Below are positions 14,719 through 26,211 of a stretch of 64,000 bases of DNA, in pieces. This stretch comes from Lophium mytilinum (lineage: Eukaryota): the NCBI GenBank assembly GCA_010093605.1, contig MU004183.1, forward strand, positions 2,356,001-2,420,000. Direction: 5' to 3'. A model generated the notes under the pieces. It worked only from the letters and a program-made list of their open reading frames with translations. It did not search any database and had not been told where the DNA came from. The position numbers and the translations under genes were made by a program. Each line of letters begins with the position of its first letter. The stretch's first letter is position 1.

Positions 14719-15102
14719 ACGCCTCGGGCAGTAAATATGCGAAGATAGAGTATGAATCCGCGATGTCCATGCATCAGCATTAGCGTCCGAGCGACCGGGT
14801 CCGACGTGCCGCTTGGTGGAGTAATCCCTCCGACCGGCTATGTTGTTCTCGCCACCACCGCTATGAATCCTGCTGCTATGACTTTTAGCGAGAGGGTATG
14901 ACAAGACGACTAGACTTCCTGCTGCTGCGACTCCCAAATCCTCGGCACGAAGTGCTAGGCGCATATCGTGCAAGTAGAAGCGCCCGAAAGATGCGTACAT
15001 CCTACACGTTGCTGCTTGATGTCTCGAGTATGGAGTAGTGTACCTGATTGTATAAGTACCAATGATAATTAAGTAGTTCATTGCTCATACACTAAGCACT
15101 TA

Positions 15103-15317
15103 CAGTGACAGGCCACAAGTCTGGGTTCACTGATATGCCACTGCTTGGGGTCCCCCGCAGGATTTTGGAGACTCAAGGGTGATGTCAAGCTTCAAGCAGT
15201 GCAGATTAGACTGCCTCATGACTAACTGCCTGTTCAGCAGCCAGGCTACCCCCAACAGTGGTGTTGAGTGGGCAAGTTGAGCCGACTCTGTGTGGCCAGA
15301 CTTGTGGTCTAGGACTG
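15103..15317. mobile_element. MITE family A, copy 1 (TA|CAGT...ACTG|TA, Tc1/mariner-like ends)
   Basis: Imperfect TIRs CAGTGACAGGCCACAAGTCTGG / CCAGACTTGTGGTCTAGGACTG flanked by TA. Internal sequence is similar to 35788-36012 and 60396-60622. Confidence 0.75.
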
Positions 15318-15745
15318 TACCTACTTGCGTCGCTCGAAGGATCCACATGCGTCATTTGTTCAAGCCACCTTCCGCAATGTGATTGAAAGAAAGCCGTGAT
15401 CAATTTAGTCTGGCTTTAGGTTATGTTATAGGCCGCACTCGCTAGTTGGGTTGGTTGTTGGCAACCTTCTGAATGCGGAATAGCGAGGTTGCTTTACTGT
15501 TAGACGAAGTCCGTTGACAGAATGCAGGTATATAAAGTGTCCTCGTCTCAATCGCCATCTTCACCTTAGAATATATCTCATCTCTACGAGATTACATCAT
15601 ATCCACTTGAATTACTTGAATTCTTGACCTCCTTACCATTACCTCGAGCTACCTATATATCCAAAACTCGGTTCGTTACAGCGACTCTCCATGCCCATAT
15701 GTACTTGGTGTACTCAGATACTGACGACGTGTGCAGACGATCAAA

Positions 15746-15907
15746 ATGCGTTTCGCAACCTTCATCTCCGCTTTAGCCCTTGTCGCGCTCGGCATGGCCG
15801 CCGCCGTCCCGCAGCCTGATGCTGCCGCTGCGGATGAGGCTTTGAAGGATAGGGAGACGTGCACGTGCTACGAACACTACAACACCTGCACAGGAAAGAA
15901 ATGTTAA
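15746..15907 (+). CDS. 53-aa secreted prepro-peptide with a 4-Cys C-terminal peptide
   Basis: MRFATFISALALVALGMAAAVPQPDAAAADEALKDRETCTCYEHYNTCTGKKC*. Good start context (TCAAAATG), TATATAAA near 15530 and a probable 5'-UTR intron at about 15670-15736. Confidence 0.72.
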   Translation: MRFATFISALALVALGMAAAVPQPDAAAADEALKDRETCTCYEHYNTCTGKKC

Positions 15908-16257
15908 ACGGGCGATATGAGAAAACGATAGCCGGAAGCATGATAAGCAGCAATTCAGAGTGAATGAACAAGGGAAATAAAGGAACCTATAGACTCAATA
16001 TATTTAAGTTGAGCTTATCACTACAAGATATCATATCATAACACCGTGAGAGGTGAATATGGTTTCTGCCTACTCTGTGTGATCAATGTAACTACCCTAG
16101 TCTTAGGCCGGATCAGAAGCACTCACTGCACACAAATAGATCTTTGGGGTGTTCTAGCATAGCAAAGCTTTGGAGCGACTGTAGAGCAACTAGTTCTACA
16201 AATAAATAAATCTCATACGTTAGACCGCGCCAGAATTTATTCTCTGACTTCGTAATT

Positions 16258-17197
16258 TCAACCAACCACGTCCTCGTCTCGGAATTCCCGCTGCACGGTA
16301 TCGACCTTGTCATCCGGCCTCGCAAGATATGTAATAGGATCCCTGAGCTCGTACCAGCCTCCCATCGGTGCATTGATCTTGTAGCCTATGAGTCGCTGGG
16401 TTGGTTCATCTAAGCTCATCGCCTTCTCTTTCGAAATGTTGAGGTACTACAAGAGTGTTAACGTTAGACAATCGGCCGGATGCTTATTAGAACCCAAGTA
16501 CCTGATTTTCTTCCTGTCTTAGATGACCCTGGGTCCAAGAAGCACCAATACTCCTCCTAAGCACCCGGGACTGGTTTGCCCCGCCCCTATGAACGAGTGA
16601 ACCATGGAGCAAGAGGCAAGAACCTGTCTTCATCTCCGTCGACGCAAGGACATGCCCGGCGGGGTCCCAGTCTTCGCCCCAGGTATGGCTCCCAATGATT
16701 CCCTCCACGCATCCGTTCTCGGTGGTATTCCCTTCTGGGCTCCCAGACCATAGTGCCCATATTTCCACAGGCTGGGACAGTGGATGTTCGGCGAAGTAGA
16801 TGTCATCGTGCCGGTGCAATGGCTCCGCTTGTGAGCCTGGTGCAGAGTCGAACACAACGGTCGCACTCAGCTGTGGCCGCGAGGTGTTGCTCAACCGTTC
16901 CTCTCCGTGCCATATTCGCGTCGTCTTTTGCAGTTTTGCATCGAGGAATTGGAGTAGTTTGGGCGACTTGAGGAAGTCATAGACGAACGTTCGGGATTTC
17001 GATGCTAACGCTGTGACGGCTGATGGAGAGGCTGAAGAAGAGAGACCAAGCTCTTTATTCAGGGTGCGAATAGCGTCAGGAGATGCGAAGTCAGAAAGAA
17101 TAACAGCACCATCGCGGTCAAAGGCTGCGACGATGTCGTCTACAGTGGTGGAGTCATAGGGGAGAGAAGTAAAAGGTTGAGATGTTTGGCTTGGCAT
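16258..17197 (-). CDS. PhyH-family Fe(II)/2-oxoglutarate dioxygenase (A), 2 exons
   Basis: DIVAAFDRDGAVIL, PGSQAEPLHRHDD, TENG...GSHTW, GSLVHRGGAN and LRQEENQ|YL. A second exon ends at TGA 16258-16260. Confidence 0.88.
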
Positions 17198-17607
17198 TTT
17201 TGGCAACGTCGCGTCTCTCAATTTCCTCGGGTTGATCTTCGACTCCCTATCCCCACGACCATCTTCACTCTTATCCGGAATGTCATATCCATACTGCGCC
17301 GTAGTTCGGTACAGCGTTCGCTGCGTGCCTGTGGGGCAAAGCCTTATCTTAGCGTGTGTATTGTTACCTAAAGCAGAAGTTCGGCTCTACTGAATTTCAT
17401 CCGCAGTATCGGCGGGTGTATGGTGTCTTGACGCGGACAGAGACATATCGCTCTAATGCCCTGATATCGTATCTCTTTCAGTCCTCAACTGCAGAGGTAG
17501 GTAGGGCACCCCAGACGGTAGCAAGCAAATGGAAAATTTGTATAACTTTGGCTCTCATTTTGTCTATGCGAACTGGAGTCATCAGTAAATCGATCTTAAC
17601 AGCAGCT

Positions 17608-18609
17608 ATGGGCAAGCCAGATCTCGAGAGGATCAGTGCTGATGCACCTATCGAAGAAATTCTCGAAATTCTGGATCGTGACGGAGGCCTGATCATCAAA
17701 GGGCTCGTCGACTCGGAGACCCTCCAGCAGATCGCCAAGGAGCTGAAGCCATTCGAGCAACCCGATCAAGAGTGGAAGGGCAACTTCTTTCCAGAGGCGA
17801 CGAAGAGAATCTGCGGAGCGGTTGGAAAATCTAAGACACTCGCAACTAAAGTCTTTATGCATCCGTTATACCAAGATGTCTGCAACAAGCGCCTCACAAT
17901 CACCAAACAATCAAGATACGGCGATGACATTCGGACCTTCAAATGCTCGCCAGTAGGAAACGCCAGCACAACCTTTGACATTGGTCCAGGCGCGACCGCA
18001 CAGCAGCTTCATCGAGACGACGGTGTGCACCATCTAACTCATCCAAATCCGCAGCCATATATGATTGGCATGCTCTTAGCTGAGACAAGGACCACTCCCG
18101 AAAATGGAGCAACTGTGGTGATTCCAGGAAGTCATAAATGGGTTAGTACTCCTACTGCAAATCTAAAGTCATAATTTCTAACTTCATAAACAGGGTGATT
18201 GGGAAGACCGCCCACCAATGCCCGAGGAGACTATTCCTGCGACCCTAGAACCCGGTGATGCGCTTCTTTTTGACGGTGCTGTGTTTCACGGAGGCGGAAC
18301 TAATTCTACCGAGTCTGAGAGACGAAAGGTGTGTAATTGACATCGGTACTTTCTTTGTATACATGCTGACCAAGTCAGGTTCATGGAGTATTCATGATCC
18401 GTGGCAACCTACGGCCAGAAGAGAACACGTACCTTTCTCTGCCTCCGTCTATAGCAGAGTCGTACCCAGATGACGTGTTGAAAGCCTATGGCTATGGAGC
18501 TGCGTCTTCTGGGTTAGGCTGGGTCGATTATAAGGAACCGTTGGCTGCTGTTCTAGGGAGAGAAGTGAAGCAACCAAGCCTCCAGTTTGGAGCAGTTGGA
18601 TATGCGTGA
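17608..18609 (+). CDS. PhyH-family Fe(II)/2-oxoglutarate dioxygenase (B), 3 exons
   Basis: EILDRDGGLII, IGPGATAQQLHRDD, ENGATVVIPGSHKW, DGAVFHGGGTN and LRPEENTYL. Confidence 0.92.
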
Positions 18610-18919
18610 TAGCTTCATGAGACAGCTACTGTCGTTCTAACACGAATATGATAATCTACATGTATATTTGAGAATGACGCAAGTGTCTTTGATCATGTGA
18701 GATCTGAGCTCAACCTCGATTGTAACAACATCTCTTAGATTGTCTCCACAAAATATATGTTACAACCCCACGTTGCCGGGAGTAATCGTCCCAAGGTTGA
18801 TTGCTATCTCTTTGCGCGAGTCGGGGAATCTGGAACCTTATCGGACAGCTTTCTATTTTAGCTGAGAGGCGAACACCAACCTTCCTCCGCGATCTCTCGC
18901 TGCTGGACCTCCTTCGTTG

Positions 18920-20989
18920 ATGGAGGAACGACAGCCTAGACAGCTCAAATGGAAAGCCACCGTCGCGCGAAGTGGAAAGCTCAAGAACCATTCATATACC
19001 ACACTTCCAGGACAAAGTAGGACCCCAACAAACTCCAACGCGCGTCGACGTGATGGATCTAATGTGTTAAAGCCCCGACAACGATCGCACCAACTTCTCA
19101 GCGAGGGTACAAGATCCGGTTTCGAGAAGACATCAAGTCTAGACCTCGTCGCGGCTCTCGTCAGAAGCCCATTTCGCCGGTGACCGAACTCTCCCCCGTT
19201 ACTGGTGTCCCAGAGCGCCCAGCGGAAGTAGATTCGGTGGACTCCAGCGAAACTCTGTCAAGCCTCTCCAGGGCGCCTTCTACTCTAAACGAAAGGAGAC
19301 CTTCTGTCCTTCAAGATGCAGAGCTTCTTTTCTCCATTGGATCGTCAGAACGCCGGACAGACGAGGCAATGCCTGAAAGCATGGACGACATGACTTTAGA
19401 CCTCAGCCCCGACAGCCTCGATATGAACGTCATGCAGCTGCCACTGGAGCCAGGTTACTCCGAGGCCTTGTTGCTCACGTTCCAAGACGATGTATTCCCG
19501 AGGATTGCGCGCCACGTGCACCCATCTATGTCCCCTTCACCAGCGTACGATTGCGAGGATAGGAAGTTCTTCTTTCAATATTGTGAGCAACAACCAACTA
19601 ATGTCAACGTTGAAAAGCTCGTCATAAAAATCTGTACACTTGTATACCACTGTTTGAGGAACCTCATGGAATTTTCAGCGTTTCAAATAAGGGAAAAGTA
19701 CAGCATTTTGAACTGCTAGTAAACCCGTGAGGGTACTCCAAACAGTGGTAAACAAGTGTACGAATTTCTATGACGAGTCATTTTAAAGAAACTTACTAAT
19801 ATTTCCAGACGTTGAACGGGTAGTCGCTCGACTTATGCCACTCTGGAACACACCAGACAACCCATTTATCTCAATCATTCTTCCAGCTTCTTTTGAATCT
19901 CCCGTCCTTACTCACGCTATCATGGCACTTTCGGTGTACCACTACTCCCTCCAGCCAGCGAGCACATCGTCCGGGGTTCGCTACTCCCACAAAGCTCTTT
20001 GGCACCAGCAGCGAGTTTTATCGTTACTCCAGGAGAGCCTTGCAGATCCAGACACCGTGAAGGACGATTCAACCCTAGCTGCATGTATGCTGATGCAGAC
20101 TTTCGAGGTGCTCTGCTCAGGGACGAGTGGTTGGGATCATTGGCTTCGAGGGGCGACACTCTTCGTCCAGATGCGAGGTCGCCTGGAACATGACCTAAAG
20201 GATTCAAACAATTGGATGAGGCTTGCAAAATGTGTGGTTGCGGTGGAAACATTCGCCGCTACCTCAGCGGGTTTCGAGTTGACCATTTCTGGTGATTACT
20301 GGAACATATACCGGAAGTTGCGAGAGGACGATTTGAAGCGAATAGCCCGAGGCGAACGCCCTACAGAAGATTTCGCAGAAGATCAACATTTTGAGAAGCT
20401 CGTTGGGTGCCCCGCTGTCGTGGTGTATGCTCTTGGACGGATGCAAATGCTCGTTCAAGCGCGAGATGAAGTAGAAGAGCTACAGCAAGATGACCAGGAA
20501 TGGCAAGATGCTTGGGACATGGAGGTCTCAAGACTAGAAGATTTACTGCTTAGATGGCGTCCGAATAGCCCAGATTCCGACAGGGTCCACCTTGCAGAGG
20601 CTTTTCGGTATGCTGCCCTCATCTTCCACGCACGCCGGCTCCGTCGATTCCCACATGTGCACGCGACGTGTCAATTCAGGGTACAAGCGACTTTCGATCA
20701 CCTGTTCTCGCTCACGCATTCCTCGCAACTCGAAGGAATCGCTCTATACCCGACCCTCATTGCGGCACTTGAGATAGACGAAGCGCAGAACGGAGGTTTG
20801 CAACGGGCAGCACTCAGCCGCATTCGGGTCATGAAGAGGGAGAAGGCGGACCCATTGTACGACAATGCAGAGAAACTGCTACATCTTGTCTGGTCACGAA
20901 GGGCTTTTGCAAACAGTTACGAAGAGAAGGTGGCCATCGACTGGCAAGACATTAGCCGCGATATGAACTGGACGTGGTGCATGGTATAG
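18920..20989 (+). CDS. Fungal-specific transcription factor domain protein (Fungal_trans_2-like) with no visible Zn2Cys6 domain, 3 exons
   Basis: DNPFISIILP...LTHAIMALS..H, LAACMLM..FEV...WDHWLRGA, GCP and LAEAFRYAALIF. Introns at about 19017-19072 and 19583-19808 join in frame. Confidence 0.75.
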
Positions 20990-21059
20990 AATATATTCTT
21001 CTACGTTTAGCTTCCACCTCCATCTCGCCACCACGCTTCTGTTCTAGGTGCCGTTCATC

Positions 21060-22401
21060 TTACTGGACAACTTCAAACTCTGCTGGATGTCTCTTGGCCA
21101 TCTCATCAAGATATCCTAGGACAATTTCTCCCCAGACCGGTTTCCTCTTGTAAAAAGCGAATTTAGTAGGAAGCTTGTGCAGTAGACCAGCCAACCTAGC
21201 AGCAAACCCTGGGTATTCGGCAATCTCGACAAGTCGATATAGATATCTGCGGACCATGAGCAAAGACAAACGAATACCCTCGGAAAAACTTACGTTTTCG
21301 TTAACATGCACATTGCGCCCGACTTTGGCAATCTTCGGAGAACCTGCCTTTCAACCCGAAGCTGGACTTGATCAATGTCGATCGATGTGTCGACGACGGG
21401 GACATCATTCTCGTAAAGATGAGCTCCCTCAACTAGAAAGAGCTCTTCGTGATCGTTGATAGACCAATTCAAACGCATCACCAATTTGGAAGGTCCAACG
21501 CTGTCAAAGTATCTATGACAAGTCAGCTCCAGAATATTAAAGCTAGTGACATTGCGACATTGCAACATACTTGTTCATTGCCTTTTGCAGCTTCTCCTTG
21601 TACGTAGGGACCGTCTTGTGGATCTCTGTCATTGGTTTGCCCATCTTCTCCCGCACGTGAAAGCCTGCTGGAAATGCCGAAAGCACGGCGCTGAGGACGT
21701 ACTCGCCATCAGGTCCAGGTGTCAGGATGTTGAGGTCATCCTCTACAAGTCTTCCTGCAACATGAAGAGGGTGGTTGTCATATGGCGCGACGACGCGGTG
21801 AGTCTCGTTTGTGACCGCGTTCCGAATGTATATTCCGTCCTCGGAGAGCTTGAATACCGAAGGAAATCGCCGGGTAAGGTATTCTGTCAGAATTCCTAGC
21901 AACTCAATGCAGCCTTCAAGCCCTCCTTCGCGACAATCGAGCGCATCGGGTCCAACTTTGTCAATTACTTGTTGCTTCAATGCCATGCGCGCCGCAAAGT
22001 TCTTGTCCATCACCACCCAATCGTCGAAGGCCAGATTCCGGATCGCTAGAAAGAAAGTCAATACATAATTCAAGCAGATAATAACTCAGCCTACCCATTG
22101 TGGCCGTATACACACGGTCCGAAATATAGTCATCTTTCCACCATTCAGTTGGCTCTTCATCTGCCACATTGAAATCGATCTTGTATGGTTGAACGTTCGA
22201 GCAGTCAAGCTCTTTGATATCGTCGCCACCGTAATACTTTCCAATTGTCTTTGCACTTCCTACCTTTTTAGGCAGCTCCTTGACCGTTTTTTGCCTGCGC
22301 CGCAATCGAAGGAAGAAGAATATGAATGCAAAAAATATTCCAATGAACGGAACGCCCCGAGGCCATTCGAAGCCCTCAAAGAGCTGAAGATCTAACAACA
22401 T
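21060..22401 (-). CDS. DUF3445 / heme-dependent oxidative N-demethylase alpha-subunit-like protein with an N-terminal TM anchor, 4 exons
   Basis: YLTRRFPSVF, PLHVAGRLVEDDLNIL, AFPAGFHVREKMGKPMTEIHKTVP, RLNWSI and LRVERQVLRRLPKSGA match DUF3445 motifs. Confidence 0.85.
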
Positions 22402-22877
22402 CGCGAGAAGTGAAGGGTAGCGAAGAACCACGGAGAGACATTTTGAACCGCCACCATTCTCGCTCTCTCGTAGCTTGCCGTCGAAGTATTCCCCACAAAG
22501 TGTAAAATGATCGCGAACTTCTCAATGCGGCAACTATTACTAGTGCGCACTGTTATCGCGGTGCTTCTCAACTGACTCGCAACGCTATCAGCCCCATTGC
22601 GCATCTCGGCCATACTTTTTAGATCAGATCCATCATACCGGGACGCGCATAGCTTATCGTCGCGACGATGCCGGCCGTTCACAACCCATAACGCTACCCA
22701 CTTTACAGGCATCAAGTTCCTGCATGCGGCAGTTCGCCGACGTGACGAGTCGCGTCGCGATACCAGGACTATGGTACACTTAAAGAGCTGGGAACTGCAT
22801 CCTAGAGCAGATGTTTCTTCGGACAATACAGATCTCATCGACCCATCTCAAACTCATCTAACTCACAAAGTGGTACC

Positions 22878-24775
22878 ATGGCAATGGAAGAGAAGTCGTC
22901 GATCGGACCCGCCGTTGTGGCAGATTCTCAAAGTGACAGCGAGAAGGGGGGAGATGTCTTGAACAACGACGCGCTGCAGCTGGCGTCTTTGGGCCATGTT
23001 GAGGAACTTGAGCGAAACTTTGGGCTTCTTGCCTTGGTGGGTCTAGGATTCGTGTGTTCGGGCAGTTGGTTCGGTGTCACCCTGTCCCTTGTTGCTGGTG
23101 TGATGAGTGGAGGTCCAGCAGTCTTAGTTTACGGCGCGTGAGTATCCTTTGACTTATACTTTGAATCTAATGTACATTTGCTAACTTATGCAGCCTCGTC
23201 ATCCCGGCTTTCTCTCTTCTCATTGTTCTCTCCCTCGCGGAGATGGGGTCAGCATACCCTACTACCGCGGGCCCCTTAGAGTGGACATACCGTCTCGCAC
23301 CGCGAAAGTGGGCTCTCTTCCTCAGCTGGATGACTGGATGGGCCAATCTGATCTCATGGCTTGTCGGATCGGCCGCCAACGTCGCAGTCATGGCAAACCA
23401 GATGGTCTTCCTGGCTAATCTATACAACCCATCCTATGAAGCCAAAACCTGGCAGATTTGGCTCATCATGGAAGGCTGCCTCATCATGAACGGCCTTCTG
23501 AACGCATTCGGAACACGCCTCCTACCAAAAATCGACACCGTGCAATTCTACTGGTATGATCCCCTAAACCACGTCACGCTGGGCATGAAAAAAGTGGCAC
23601 ACTCACCAAGATCTTACACCTGTCTGCCACTGCTTGGAGTGCTTCAACGGGTTTCCACATAGCCCAAAGCTAAAAGATTCTATTTCTTTTATAGTTCGAA
23701 AGATGTGTTGAAGCACCCCAAACAGCGGCAGACAAGTGTATAAGAGAGGCAAATGCTGGCTGAGTGTGCCACCTTTTCATGCCCCGCGTACACGTCTTGC
23801 TACCCACTCCCCACTAATACCCGCCCTAGGTTCATCGGCTCGTTCATCATCGTTGCAGTCACTACCGTTGCTGCAGCCAATCCGCACCAGCCCGCCAAAT
23901 TCGTCTTCGGCACCTTTTACAACGCAACGGGCTGGACGAATCCCTTCGTGGTCTTCATGAACGGCCTAATTGTGACAGCCGGCAACTTCGTAGCCCTAGA
24001 CGCCTCCTGCCATCTAGCAGAAGAAATGAGCTCCCCCTCGCGAACCATCCCGAAAGCCATGCTCATGACTGTCGGTATCGGCTGTATCACCGACTTCATC
24101 GTATCAATCTGCCTGATGTTCAGTGTTGGGCAGGACAAGGACGCGTTCTTCGAATCCGCCGCCCCCTACCTGACCATCGTGCTCTCCTCCACCGGCTCGA
24201 AAGCAGCCGCCGCATGCATCTCAACAACGCTGCTGGTCAACAACTTCATCAGCACAACCAGCGTGATCCAAGTCGGCTCTCGCATCATCTGGTCCTTCGC
24301 CCGCGACGGCGGCTTCATCTTCCCGACCTTCTTCGCAAAGGTGAACACGGCGCTTGCCTGCCCCTTACCGGCGGTCGTCATGTCGTGGGCTATCGGCGCG
24401 CTGGTCGCGATCCTCTACCTCGCGTCCTCAACCGCTTTCAACGCGCTGCTCTCGTGTCTTGTCATCATGGCGTACGTGGCCTACGCGATCCCGATTACTT
24501 GCTTGCTGCTCCGGGGACGCGTTTATGATAGGCCGGGGACGTTCAAGCTGGGGAAGTGGGGATGGGCGATTAATATCGTTTCCCTTATCTTTATGGCGTT
24601 CTTGGCGATTTTCTTCTGCTTCCCGGTGTATAGGCCTGTGGTGAAGGAGAACATGAATTATGCGGCGCCGACGACGGTGGGGTTCTTGGCGGTGACGCTG
24701 ATATTGTGGTTTGTGACCGGGAAACGCAATTATAGGGGGAGTAGTTTGGAGGGAATTCATGTGCATGGATTGTAA
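22878..24775 (+). CDS. APC-superfamily amino acid/amine permease (Hnm1 choline / Uga4 GABA-type), 3 exons
   Basis: ELERNFG, GGPAVLVYG, LAEMGSAYPTTAG, HLAEEM..P.RTIPKAM, SRIIWSFARDGG and MNYA, with many hydrophobic segments. Confidence 0.93.
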
Positions 24776-26211
24776 AGAGATAAATTACCAGGATGTGGGA
24801 GGATGGTATTCTGGGCACGTTCTGATATATTATTTTTCGAGTGATGACTACAATTCATTCGGTTGAACATATCGAGTCCTATGCGATCGCTCTGACAATA
24901 ACGATGTCTTGCTGACTATACCTCTGAAGGGTCGAAGAGCCTTTGCGAAGAGGAACTTCAAGTCTCTACAGGCCAGCTCACGGTGGCTTGGATTGAATAG
25001 AACGATGCAGAGAGGTCGTATTGAAATGAATGGACTTCTATAGTATAGGCGCAATTGTTGGGTTGATGTGACAGGCGCCAAAACATGAGAAAAATCAGTA
25101 CTAGCACTTTCCCTTGTGAAGTTCCTTAGAATCTGATTTTGGAGGGCACAGAGGGTCTAGGAGGAAATGCCAAGCCATGATGACGAAGCAAACGGCAAAA
25201 GAATCGCCACCATCAAGCCTCAGCACAACAACCACTTTTCTAGCCGCTCCTACCAGTCAGCATCTGTCCGTGATCCGGGCGGATAGACCAACCGTCCTCG
25301 CCACTGGAGTAAGCTCTTGCCGACGAGGAAAGCTTGAGACAGATTTGCGCACCATGCGAGTTCAATGTCTCATAGTTCTGTTCGAATTGATCCTGCACAC
25401 AGGTGCTTTGCCAGGCCGATTTTAAGATATACACTTATCTACAGGTAGCCTAGCCGGATGATCGGACGACAGGGCTCTCATGCACAAGTCACCAAAGCCG
25501 AAGAAATGATGGCTATTCGACTAGGCCTTTTCCTTAGTCCAGTTCTAAGCTACCGCTTTGCTGCGCAACTCTCTCTCGTAAAATCCTTACCAGCTACTCG
25601 GATATCACAACGACCGGCATCCGGGATCGCGTTTGCTTAGAAAATATTGTTGTTGAATGCTAAGTAAGAAGTTCCAATCCACTAGGTAAAGAGGTGCCGA
25701 GCAACCGCCCGGATCTGCCGGGGATGACGTCGATCGTGAATGCCCGCCACGCGGGACGGACGCGGCGTTGAGCAGATAGACTTTCGATCTAACGGCTGCA
25801 GATCTAGACTCATGGCTAGAGGGGTCTTCCTATTGGCTTCGAAGCCCCTTCCATGCTAGGGTATAGGAAGCAGTCTCCGCGATTCGTTGAACATTTTGGG
25901 AACGTCATTATACCACCAACTGTCCTTTCTGATCTTCAACTCGGAAGACGGATAAAGCTGCAAGCAATGCGAAACCAATGCTTGGCGTTGAGTGATGGGT
26001 TTAACATTGACGGTCCGAGCTGTATATCATATGTGTGCAATTGGTATTCCGAACCCGTTCTTCCATCTTTGGGCAATTGGTGAAAAAATTTCTGCGTCAT
26101 AGTACGCCAGTATATATGTTTTCATAGTGTCCTGCTATCTTTCTCAACATCGTCTGAACGACTTCTTCAGCCCCTAATCTTAATACTGTTCTTACTTCTT
26201 CCCCAATACGC

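Noticed and set aside
17200..22880. GATA sites as evidence of AreA-type nitrogen regulation of the cluster
   Set aside because: Several CTTATC/GATA cores are present, but the motif is short enough to occur by chance. Not reported as a feature.
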